A stretch of DNA of 64,000 bases from Fimicolochytrium jonesii (Eukaryota), in the NCBI RefSeq assembly GCF_025526975.1, contig NW_026515671.1, positions 496,001 through 560,000 on the forward strand, written 5' to 3'. How positions within the stretch are numbered: the first letter of the stretch is position 1; each line of letters opens with the position of its first letter. Positions 1 to 9,220 of this stretch are shown here, one piece after another. Position numbers and translations under genes: made by a program. Under the pieces are notes generated by a model. It did not search any database and had not been told where the DNA came from. It saw nothing but the letters and a program-made list of their open reading frames with translations.

Positions 1-131
1 TGCAGATGTGGGGAACAACGCACGACTGTCCTTCGGGGGATGTATAAAAGAGGGACTTGTCCATTGCATCCGTCCAAGCGTCGAAGAACCAACTACAACC
101 AACAGCATTGACATCAAGTCACATCTCGGAA

Positions 132-1031
132 ATGGTTTATACCGGACTATTCACATTACTGGTCACCATCCTGGGCTTCCAAGTTGTCAGCGGATTCCCC
201 CATATCCACTGGCAACGACAGAACCAGGATCCTTCAAACGACGGTCAAGATCCATCAGTACCCGGCAGCGGCCTCACCTTCGACCAGCCCAACGAAATCG
301 ATCCCCAGTCGCAAACCGCGAACGTCGCAACCCGGTGCGACCCAACCGTAGATGTTTATGCCTGTGACAACAGACTCTTCATGCGCTGCGGCCAGAAAAG
401 TGGCCGCTGGATTCCCAAAGAGACTTGCAAAGGCCTGTGTCTGGAAGATAATAAGATCCGCCCACAATGCTACTGCAACCAAGGCGGAAACGGCGTAGAC
501 TGCCCTCCTCCGCCGACCTCGACGCAAGACTTCTTTACGCGATCATGGGACATTTTCGGAACACGGGCCTCGTATGAGACTGTCACCGCAACCACCACTA
601 CGACAGAAGAGGCACCCACTACGTCAGAGGAAGCGACCACTACGGCGACCGACTGGGGTTGGGATGACGAATTCCCTGCGCCCACTTTTGGGCTAGGCGA
701 CGATGGGCAGGGTCCAACCGTTACCCGGGTTTTGAACACGGAAGCCGTGCCTGAAGCGACAGAGACCGGAGGTGCTGGTGTGCAGATTGGACTAGCTGGG
801 GCCAAGTGTCCCAGAATCAATGACGTTTTCTGCGACTCGTCGGTACTTCTCGTGTGTTCCAAGCTAAGTAAGTTAAGAAGTATATACGCGTGCAAATTTC
901 ATATTCGTTTTGCATTTTGGTAGCATGACCGCTGTTGCTCACTTCGATGCATGTCGTGTTGTCTAGATGTCTGGACCACCGTTGGCTACTGCGACTGCTC
1001 TCTGGAAATATGGGCTGGTGCTTGCCCTTGA
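132..1031 (+). CDS. Secreted Cys-rich/Thr-rich protein with two small cysteine modules (CBM19/chitin-binding-like) flanking a mucin-like linker; 2 exons (132-867, 967-1031)
   Basis: Signal-peptide-like N-terminus (MVYTGLFTLLVTILGFQVVSG). Modules CDPT..YAC..FMRC..GRW..ETC and CPRINDVFC..LLVC. A GTAAGT donor at 868 and TAG acceptor at 966 restore ...CSKLNVWTTVGYCDCSLEIWAGACP*. Confidence 0.65.
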
Positions 1032-1399
1032 ATAGCATAGTGGTGAATCCTGAGATGAATACAAAAAGGATGGGACGTTGATGAACCTCATTTTGCAGGA
1101 CTCCCTGCTCTTCATGTAAAAGTGTAAAGTCAATGGTAAAAGTACTGTATATTACAATTGCGAAGCTTCTGTTCTCTGCACGTTTCGTCGGCGATGAAGA
1201 CGATATGCTAGCCATTGGGTGCGGACGGATAGACGGTTTGCCCCTGAAAGCGTCCGGCGGAATCCTCATTGACGGCCCCGCAACAAGAATTCGACAGGGC
1301 GACGAAATCACAGGGCGTGTGCCTCTATCACTAAATCACTAACCTCCAACAGTTGATACCTCCAGATGATACCTCCAACAGTTTCGGCCAGCTGTGTGG

Positions 1400-1620
1400 C
1401 AATTTCCTGAACGAATTGTAGCTGCTATGACTGCCGCTATACGCCGGGGCATGCTCGACACAAGTTTTTCTAGCACATCTGGCTCAATATCCTGAAATGT
1501 CTGCTGTGCAATGGCCTTTAGCTGCTCTCGAGATCTCGCTCGGGTTGTCTGGAGCGTCCGGCCGGCGACGCGGTCGAGCACTTCTCTGACGGCACTCTCA
1601 AATGCGGTCTTGCTTTATGA
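1400..1620 (-). mobile_element. Degenerate Tc1/mariner (IS630-Tc1) transposase C-terminal fragment
   Basis: Translation RSREQLKAIAQQTFQDIEPDVLEKLVSSMPRRIAAVIAA matches the typical Tc1 C-terminal motif (I....LV.SMP.R..AVI.A). No intact DDE core or TIRs seen; boundaries approximate. Confidence 0.7.
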
Positions 1621-1783
1621 ACAGTAATATCGCTCGAGTGAAAGAAAAGAAGCTTTAGTAAGCACAACCTTGAACGGAATCCATTACATTTGTCCCTCAT
1701 CCAACAGTGTGTCGTCCGGAGACAAGTGGAGCGGAACCGCAAACCCAAGTCCTCCCTACTCACACATCCACAGTATTCTCGTC

Positions 1784-2815
1784 ATGTCTACGTGGCCATC
1801 AGGACGCCCAACTTCGGGAGAAATAGTTTACTACGAGTTCCCACGGGCTGACGGACAGTTGCCTCCTTTGGAGCCACGTCCTGCAATTGTATTACGAACT
1901 TACAACGGTGGCCGCTTTTTCTTGCTGCCTCTTCAAAGTCGGGCGCCCCCGACTTTCATTCCTCAGTGTCCCATTGGCACTGATGGAGCCGCCGATATCA
2001 CACCAAGTTACCCACTACGTAATGTAGGTATCTGAAGTAATAAATCAGTTTCTTTTTTATTTTACTAACCAATGGGCAAATTCAGGGGCTGAGTTGGATG
2101 GCCTTTCATGACTGTATGATGGGAACACTTGCACAGTACTCCTATCGAAATAATGGGCAATATATCCTTCGCCCGCTAAATGCGAGTACTTTAGCGACTC
2201 CCATTGTCATAGCGCCTCAATCTGTCCAATCGTTGCGCGTTCATGTACACGAGTTTTTATGTCGAGAACTATTACCCGTGCCAAGGTCTCGTATCATACT
2301 CGCCCGCAGTCGCGCCGAGAGCGCTCCGGCGGCACTCTCTTCCAGAGAAGTGCCCGGCTTCACGCAGCGCGGGAAGTCGCTGCGGGAAGTACCGGGTCGA
2401 GTATGATACGAGACCTTTGGCACGGGTATCAGGATCTGTTCCTACGATGTCTACCACAAACGTCGCCCTCACTTCATCAACAAGTCAAACAACGATGGAA
2501 AGCGATTCATCTCAGCAGAGTCAAACCACTGGAAACATACAGGAAGAATCCACTACAAGTTCTATGAGTCAGTCTGGTTTGTATGAGACGGCAAATGAGT
2601 ACGTATGTGATTGTGCTCATTCCCTCTTTCTAGTAGGAAGTCCCCAAACAACAACCAGATTGCAAATAGGTTATCTTTCTAAAGAAGAAGAAGAAGAGGC
2701 ATGGGAAATGGACGATTCATCGCAAAAACAGTTATCCATTTGCTATCTCTCACCAACAGAGGAGTCGGATGCTTGGGATACAATACCGTCAAACATTGAA
2801 AGGATAGAAAATTAA
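1784..2815 (+). pseudogene. PemK/MazF-like domain gene with one intron (2024-2085), frameshifted by a MITE insertion (2275-2426); pre-insertion product about 271 aa, current ORF ends at 2406 (about 186 aa)
   Basis: N-terminus GEIVYYEFP...RPAIVL...FFLLPLQS resembles the PemK/MazF beta-barrel pattern (G.I..V.F...RPALVL...V.P.TS). The intron GTAGGT...ACTAAC...TTCAG is phase 0 and joins the ORFs in frame. Removing the MITE plus one TA fuses the reading frame to ORF 2243-2815. Confidence 0.6.
2275..2426. mobile_element. 152-bp MITE, Tc1/mariner-type (TA target-site duplication, ~32-34 bp TIRs)
   Basis: Left end CCCGTGCCAAGGTCTCGTATCATACTCGCCCG; right end CGGGTCGAGTATGATACGAGACCTTTGGCACGGG (reverse complement, differing by two 1-nt indels). 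TA at 2273-2274 and 2427-2428. Confidence 0.9.
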
Positions 2816-3060
2816 GGATATAAATGGCGTTTCAGCGACTAAATTGGTTTTTAGCTCTCTCGATAAACTTGTTTCTGAAATCTGCAAAAAACTTTTATGT
2901 TTCTGCAAGAGCGAAGGTTGTAGTGTACACCGAGATACTTTGACGCCTTTTGCGGGGAAAGAAAGTTATCTATTCTAGAGTGTTGCATGTTCCGGAGCGT
3001 TCTCCGGAACAGAACGAGTCCCTGATGTTTTCAGTTAGAAGAATGCCCCGTCTACAGCTA

Positions 3061-4267
3061 TCAAAATATTTCGCAAGGTCCGGGTGACGGATAGCCGAGA
3101 ATGTCCTCGTTGGCTTCGACTTGCCACTTTTGCGGGTGCGTATCCTTGATTTTGCTCATGTGGTTGACTCCCTGAATCCATTGAATGCGACGCGGGACCA
3201 CCGGGTCTGGGTTATTTGAGTTCTCATCAACAGAAAGGCAAACAGACTTCGGCGTGCTGCGAGATCTGGTGACAACATCATGGTAGTCACCGACGGTCAC
3301 ATCGTCGCTGTGGAGTCTTAATTTCCAATTGGCCTGTCCTGTGAAAGGGTCGCGGTGACACAGGCGGAGGTACGGTATGAAATTTTCGAGGTCGGCCCGA
3401 CATATCCGGAAATGGATAACTGCAGCGCTTTCGCACCAGATTCCACCGCGGGTGTTGAATAGCATCTTAGCCCATGCTTGGAACATGGCGCTTTCCTTCG
3501 AGTTGGTGACATAAAACGCCTTGACAACACCAAAGGAGTGGTTAAGCATGCCATTGGGTAGCTGGATTTTCGAACGACAGATATTCTCGGCGGTGAACCC
3601 GTCGGTTCCATGATACCAATCCTCGTAGCCTGGTGGGGTGTCGTCTTTTTCGAGTGGAGAGGTTTTGTACGATTCCACCAGCTTTTTGAGATAGGGAAGC
3701 ATCGGTCCCGATTGGACGATGCCCGACCTGCACTTGGCGTCCAGTAGGTGAGCTGCTCCAGGAGGTCGGGGGAGGCTGTCTTGTTTTTGAAAGGGCAGGG
3801 AAGTGCAATATCGGGATTAGGGCACAGGTTGGCGAAGAACACAGGCAGGACGATGACCATGTGAGTTTGGGGACTTCCGTGGCAAATTTATGAACGAGGT
3901 TTTCATTAAGACCGGAGAGTTTGCATAACTCTTCGAATTCGAGTTCAGGGCCGAGCTCATTGAACTTCCTTTCGAAGTGGGTAAGAACGATTTCCATCGG
4001 CTCAGTTTCGTGCGCATACTCAGTCTGACACTTGACCCAGGCCAAGAACTTCTCGTCGTTCGCCCAACCTTCGAAAGCGATATGTTTACAGATTTCCTTG
4101 ATCTTTGGGTCGTTGTCTCTGCAAGCTCCTCGGGCTTCGATAGCACTTGAGGTATAAAGGTAGCATCGGCATTTTAATTCCTTGTGAGCCCGCGTCCGAA
4201 TAGTACCTGCCGTGACCACAACGGGCGGGGGCTTGCTTGCCAATCGCAACACCTGCTTTGGAATCAT
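3061..4267 (-). pseudogene. ADP-ribosyltransferase/PARP-fold (DUF3990-like) protein gene split across reading frames (frameshift or unrecognised intron near 3700-3860)
   Basis: ORF 3061-3702 contains WYHGT...HSFGVVKAFYVTNSKESAMFQAWA, matching the YHGT / FG.GFY.T / QA..WA pattern of H-Y-E clade ART-like proteins. The upstream ORF 3542-4267 looks protein-like but is in another frame, and no canonical intron was found to join them. Confidence 0.55.
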
Positions 4268-4470
4268 GAGAGCTGCAGATCCTAAAACTTTTATCGATAA
4301 AAGTACATTTCCTTTAAGTGGGGTTCAGATGTTTTAACTGAGCTGCGTTTGAGCTGCGATGAAAGCTGCAGACGGATTTCGTCTAAACCTTTTATCGATA
4401 AAAGTCGGTTTCCTTACGTGGTATCTCCTACGTTTGAACTGCGATGAGAGCTTGGGGTATCTCCTATAGA
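4267..4470. repeat. Degenerate ~100-bp direct duplication containing two copies of the palindrome CTTTTATCGATAAAAG
   Basis: ACTTTTATCGATAAAAGT at 4287-4304 and CTTTTATCGATAAAAG at 4389-4404, each preceded by AGCTGCAGA. The motifs CTGCGATGA(A/G)AGCT and GGTATCTCC are also repeated. Confidence 0.8.
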
Positions 4471-4886
4471 AGTTTCAGCAACATGAGGGGACGGCAAGCT
4501 TTAGAACAGAGGCGTTTTGTGGTGGAAGGAGACCAAGACGAGTCCGAGTCCGAGTATTGGGAACCTGGGGCATGGTAGTTCAGAACCCATCAGAGGCTTG
4601 CAAATTTTTCGATACGTGCTTGCGCTGTCCTTAGGTCTTTCCTTTGGCTTTTGAACGAGGTTTGATTGAGCAGAAATTGCACCCGCAACAGAAGTTTGCA
4701 GAGTATGCGGCGTAACCTGCGGCGTAACGTCCCATTTCCTCGCCCTGCCCACTCTGCACACTTGAGAGTGCTTGACCCTACAAACTCGCAGCTTCTCGGT
4801 GGAACCTCGAAGGCTTTGTAGCGTTTGCGCTGTTTGTTGTGAGAGTTGGGAGGAAAAAAGCATCTAATTGAGGCACACTTCTCTCG

Positions 4887-7800
4887 ATGGCCGACCTTTG
4901 CCCGTCCCCGACTCTTCACAGCCCTCCATATACCGAGCTGGTATCGGAGCTAAAGGCTGGGCTGGATGGCCAGCCTCCTATTACTACGGCGTACTTCCTG
5001 GATGGCACCACCCCTCAGATCGCCAAGCTGATAGGAAGGATACCGATTCCACCGGAGCTTCTCCTTGTGGTTTATGTCGTTGCTACGGGTAAAGAATCAC
5101 CGGGCATCGATGCTCCCACCGCGAAGAGTCGCTTGCACGTCGTAACTGTTGAAGCGACAACGTCTATAAACGATGTCTTGATGTCACATATTTCGGAACT
5201 CCACAGCGTTTTCCCACTGCAAACGACGTTCACAGCACTATGCGAAACAAACTTTCATGGGATCCTACGCAAAATATGCCGCTCACGAAAGCTGAATCTG
5301 CCGTCCATTTCAGATCCGACCCCAAACCCCTTTACCGAGTTCTTACCGTACGTTCTGAAAACTCACGGGGGTTCCCGGCAGTCTGCCATTAACATCGCTT
5401 TCGGGAAGGTGCTCTATCTGCTCGATGAGATACCGTCCGACTCACGGCCAAGTACATGCTCCTTGAACGCTATCGGTCCTTTCCTGCATATGGTGGATGA
5501 TGACTCGATCCGGGAATACGTTGTGATTTTGCTTATGATTGCCGGCGTCATCGGCCTCGGAAGAACGGCGGGCGGAAATCCGGAGGTCAGCTTCAATTGG
5601 CCTGTATTGATGCACATGCTTGGGAAGACTTTGAAGCAGCCGGAACTGACTTTGACGACGCCGCCTGAACCTGTCAAAAGTATAAAACGCCAGAGGTCAC
5701 AGGATATCCCGAATGGCAAAGAATCTGCAGGAGACTTTCCGGAAGAAAATAGCTCCAATCTCATCAAAGGGTCGACGAAGCGAAGCGAAGTAGATGTCTC
5801 TGCACCTGTTGTCTCGATGGAGCACGGTAGGCCGACTGCGGTTGCGGAGGAAGCGAAGAATGGCATTGCCGGACCCAGCGGGATCCTCGATGTTGAACGT
5901 TCCGTGGTTCACCCCGTGACACTGAATGGAGTGGGAACCGTAGAAATGACTGAAGACGCAACGACGCTGGCGGACGAAGCGGAGCATGTGACCAATGGAC
6001 TGGCTGTCATTCATACATCGAGCGAAGCGCCCCCTGAAATCATACCCGCGGGAAATGCCACCGATTTAACGAAGGGGACAAACTCAGCGAGCCAGCTGCC
6101 ACCAGATCTGTCGGGCATTTCTTCTGAATGTGCGTTGCGTTCGACGCCGACGCACGATTTGGAAGCGTCGGAAGATTCGGGGGACAGCAGCGATGATACA
6201 TCCGAGGATGAGGATAGTTCTGAGGAGAGTGATAGCGAGAGTGATTTCGTGCCCGAGCCCGATATGGTCCTCAAGACGGAGGAAGATCAACAGGATCCGA
6301 AAGTAAAGGAAGAACTGGAGGTTCTCCGGGAGGCTGTGGTGACCTCGATCGGCGGGCCCGGAACCAGTGTGAAAGTGGAAGCCTTGCCCGTTGATCCGAG
6401 CGATATGGAGCCGCCGCAGTCTGTGCATCTGCATACACTCGCTGCATACCGAGTAGATACCCATGCGAGCAATGTTTCCATAGCGGCCCCTACTTCTGCC
6501 ACTATCCCCTCGGTTGCGTTCGAGCCTTCAACACTCAGCTCTATACCCCCAGGCAATATACCCTTCCTTCACCGCCTACGTCATTTTGCCGACCAACACT
6601 TCCCCTCTGATCAACAACCGAAATTCTTGCTGTCCTCATCAATGGTTGCCGACAAACTGACCTACCGATGCCGGCTCAAAGTCGCCGACCAGCATTTCGA
6701 ATCCGCCTATGTGTTTAGCAACGCCGATGCGGCTGCTGAAGACTGTTGTCGGGTCGCTTGCGCGTTCATGTACTGCTGGTTGGAGGCCGCGGGTAGAACG
6801 GAGCAGTTTTCCGGACGATTGGGTGAGATTTTCAAAGGAGCCGAGAATGGTGAAGATTTAGAAGATGGGCAACTGGTGGATCACGCTGACGCTTTCAGCT
6901 CGGATGCCCATGATGTTGTGCTAGTGGAAGGCGCAACAGCAACGAAAACGGGCCATAGATATGCCCTGGCCCGACTGATGTTGTACGTCTCACGGAATGA
7001 CGAGCTGCTGACCTGGGACTACCAAGCACATGGCACGGGCGGGAGAGCGCACACGGCCTCTGCCACGATCAAAGGGAAACAGTACCATTCACGCTCTTCG
7101 CATCCGAAACGAGCAGAAGCGCGGGAAGACGTTGCGGAACAGATTTGCTCTGATCTCGGGATACAGGATCAGCACATTCCAATGATCAACGGTCCGAAAG
7201 CGAGTAGGAACAATGGTGCCCCTTCGCCAGCCAGATCAGTCTCAACTGGTCCCACCAATCCATCTATGATACTGAACCACTACTGTCAGAAACGGAACTT
7301 GAAGTTTACCACGACTTTTACCAACGTTCCCGGCGCAGCGACAAAGGCGAGCCTGTTCATCTGCACGCTCAGGCTGGGACCTATGGACAAGAATGACTCC
7401 GTCAGAGAAGAGGAAGTCAAGACGTGGACCAATCTGAAACCGACCAACAAGAAGGCAGATGCAAAATTGGAAGTTTTCAGAATGGCAATAGAGGAGCTGG
7501 GGCTTGCGCCATCGGACGCAGGGGCTGCTCAACCTGAGAATAGAGTCGCTCCGAAATTGGAGGCGGCCGCAGATGCAGGGAGGCTCCAACCTCCGCAAAA
7601 TGGAGCTGACACCAAAAGGCGACAAGTGGAACCTGTAAACATCGATACCCGGCCTGCTAAGCGGGCAAAATACAATGACGGCGATGGGCGATCATCAACA
7701 AAGTCAGCTCCACCTCAAGGCACACACATCCGGTTCTCCGAGGAGGGTGTTGCGCACACTCGGTTCCCCGACTCCGATAATATAACCAAAACTGCCCCCG

Positions 7801-8678
7801 CGCAACCAATGTCAAAGGTAGTTAGTCAGCCCAACATGAATCTTCCAGTCCGACCACCGCCACCTGTATTTCCACTCGCCTCCATGCCAGTAGCACGACC
7901 AAATCATCAACCACCCCAAACGTCCATGCAGCCACAAACACCCATGCAACCACCCTTCCCAATTCACCCCGGCGTGGACCCCGTCGCAACCGCCAACGCC
8001 GCGCTAGCCATGATCGGCGGTCTCCTAGGGAGCATGGGCTTCTCCAACGTCCCGCAGATGCTAGGCGCCGCGATGTCCCCGGGTCTCGTCCAAAATCAGG
8101 GTCAGGTAAGCGATGTCCCGCCGCCGCTCGTGTCGCCGCAGCCTGAGATGGGCAACCCACGGAATCCACATGCTTTCACGCCACAACGGCCACAGTATGG
8201 AAATCACATACCGTGTTCAGCAGTGCCGACACCGACTGTGCCGCCGAATACACCTACAACGCCGACCCTGAACCCCCTCCTGCAGAACTTGAACATGATG
8301 GCACCGTCGTTCATGTCGCCTCAACAGCAGCAAATGCAGATAGGGACTCCGCAGCAAAGGCCGCTTGGACAGATGGCCGTGCCGATGACGTCGCAACCGC
8401 AGACGCTGAACCCGATGATGCAGCTGCCGCAGATGGCCCACTTGGCGCAGATGATGGGGCTTGGTGCTGCGAATGTTGGCATGCCTGCTGGAGGGATGGG
8501 GAATGTGACTGGGATGGGGATGGGCTATGGGACTTTCAATCCTGCAGGAAGTGGAGGTGGTTATGGCGGTGGTGGTGGAAGTGGGCGCGGTTTCGGCAGG
8601 GGTGGGCGAGATGGAAATGGTGGGGCAGTCGGCAGAGGAAGGGGACGGGGTGGAAGACGAAGCAGAGGTCGCGGATGA
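4887..8678 (+). CDS. 1263-aa protein with three putative double-stranded RNA-binding motifs, an acidic linker, a P/Q/M-rich low-complexity region and a C-terminal RGG box
   Basis: Long single ORF with three alpha-beta-beta-beta-alpha-like segments: LHRLRHFADQH...YRCRLKV...SNADAAAEDCCRVA; LARLMLYV...HTASATIKG...PKRAEAREDVAEQI; PSMILNHYCQK...FICTLRL...NKKADAKLEVFRMAI. Ends in GRGG repeats. Confidence 0.7.
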   Translation: MADLCPSPTLHSPPYTELVSELKAGLDGQPPITTAYFLDGTTPQIAKLIGRIPIPPELLLVVYVVATGKESPGIDAPTAKSRLHVVTVEATTSINDVLMSHISELHSVFPLQTTFTALCETNFHGILRKICRSRKLNLPSISDPTPNPFTEFLPYVLKTHGGSRQSAINIAFGKVLYLLDEIPSDSRPSTCSLNAIGPFLHMVDDDSIREYVVILLMIAGVIGLGRTAGGNPEVSFNWPVLMHMLGKTLKQPELTLTTPPEPVKSIKRQRSQDIPNGKESAGDFPEENSSNLIKGSTKRSEVDVSAPVVSMEHGRPTAVAEEAKNGIAGPSGILDVERSVVHPVTLNGVGTVEMTEDATTLADEAEHVTNGLAVIHTSSEAPPEIIPAGNATDLTKGTNSASQLPPDLSGISSECALRSTPTHDLEASEDSGDSSDDTSEDEDSSEESDSESDFVPEPDMVLKTEEDQQDPKVKEELEVLREAVVTSIGGPGTSVKVEALPVDPSDMEPPQSVHLHTLAAYRVDTHASNVSIAAPTSATIPSVAFEPSTLSSIPPGNIPFLHRLRHFADQHFPSDQQPKFLLSSSMVADKLTYRCRLKVADQHFESAYVFSNADAAAEDCCRVACAFMYCWLEAAGRTEQFSGRLGEIFKGAENGEDLEDGQLVDHADAFSSDAHDVVLVEGATATKTGHRYALARLMLYVSRNDELLTWDYQAHGTGGRAHTASATIKGKQYHSRSSHPKRAEAREDVAEQICSDLGIQDQHIPMINGPKASRNNGAPSPARSVSTGPTNPSMILNHYCQKRNLKFTTTFTNVPGAATKASLFICTLRLGPMDKNDSVREEEVKTWTNLKPTNKKADAKLEVFRMAIEELGLAPSDAGAAQPENRVAPKLEAAADAGRLQPPQNGADTKRRQVEPVNIDTRPAKRAKYNDGDGRSSTKSAPPQGTHIRFSEEGVAHTRFPDSDNITKTAPAQPMSKVVSQPNMNLPVRPPPPVFPLASMPVARPNHQPPQTSMQPQTPMQPPFPIHPGVDPVATANAALAMIGGLLGSMGFSNVPQMLGAAMSPGLVQNQGQVSDVPPPLVSPQPEMGNPRNPHAFTPQRPQYGNHIPCSAVPTPTVPPNTPTTPTLNPLLQNLNMMAPSFMSPQQQQMQIGTPQQRPLGQMAVPMTSQPQTLNPMMQLPQMAHLAQMMGLGAANVGMPAGGMGNVTGMGMGYGTFNPAGSGGGYGGGGGSGRGFGRGGRDGNGGAVGRGRGRGGRRSRGRG

Positions 8679-9220
8679 GCGCCCAACCCACCGAACATTG
8701 CGAAGAATGGCGTAAGCGACATCTCAACGACAGCACACGACCGAACGAACAGTAATAGCAGCGCAGATCACCGTAGGGGCTCTGCACTTCACCAGCATCG
8801 CTTGGATGGGTAGGAACGATAGTGCACTACTACATGCTAGCTAACAGCCAAGGAAATATGCATTATGTTGATGGCGGTGGCTTTGTTCGGTCCACAAGCG
8901 CCTAAAGAACGCTAGCTCTGATATGTATTGCTGATACGAAACGATATTTACATTTTACAAAATCAGGGAAATAAACCCGAAGCAATAAGAGAAGAGCGAC
9001 GGGGCCGCGGAGGTCATTCCTACCCTATCATATCGTGTAGTTTTCCCGTTTATGAAGAGGATAATGTGGCTTCCTCGCGATTTTGGAGCCTATATATATT
9101 ACGCAGCTGTGCATGTTTTTTGGTTATCGCGCCGGCATACGTGTTAAGGCGGTCGTGGGGGAAGGCAAGCGAAAGCGCCATGCTGGTGGCATGAGACCCC
9201 CGGTGCGTTCGTACGTTGTC

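Noticed and set aside
1340..1384. Short repeats (ACCTCCAACAGTT) as a TIR of the Tc1 relic
   Set aside because: They are direct repeats, and no matching inverted partner was found upstream of the fragment.
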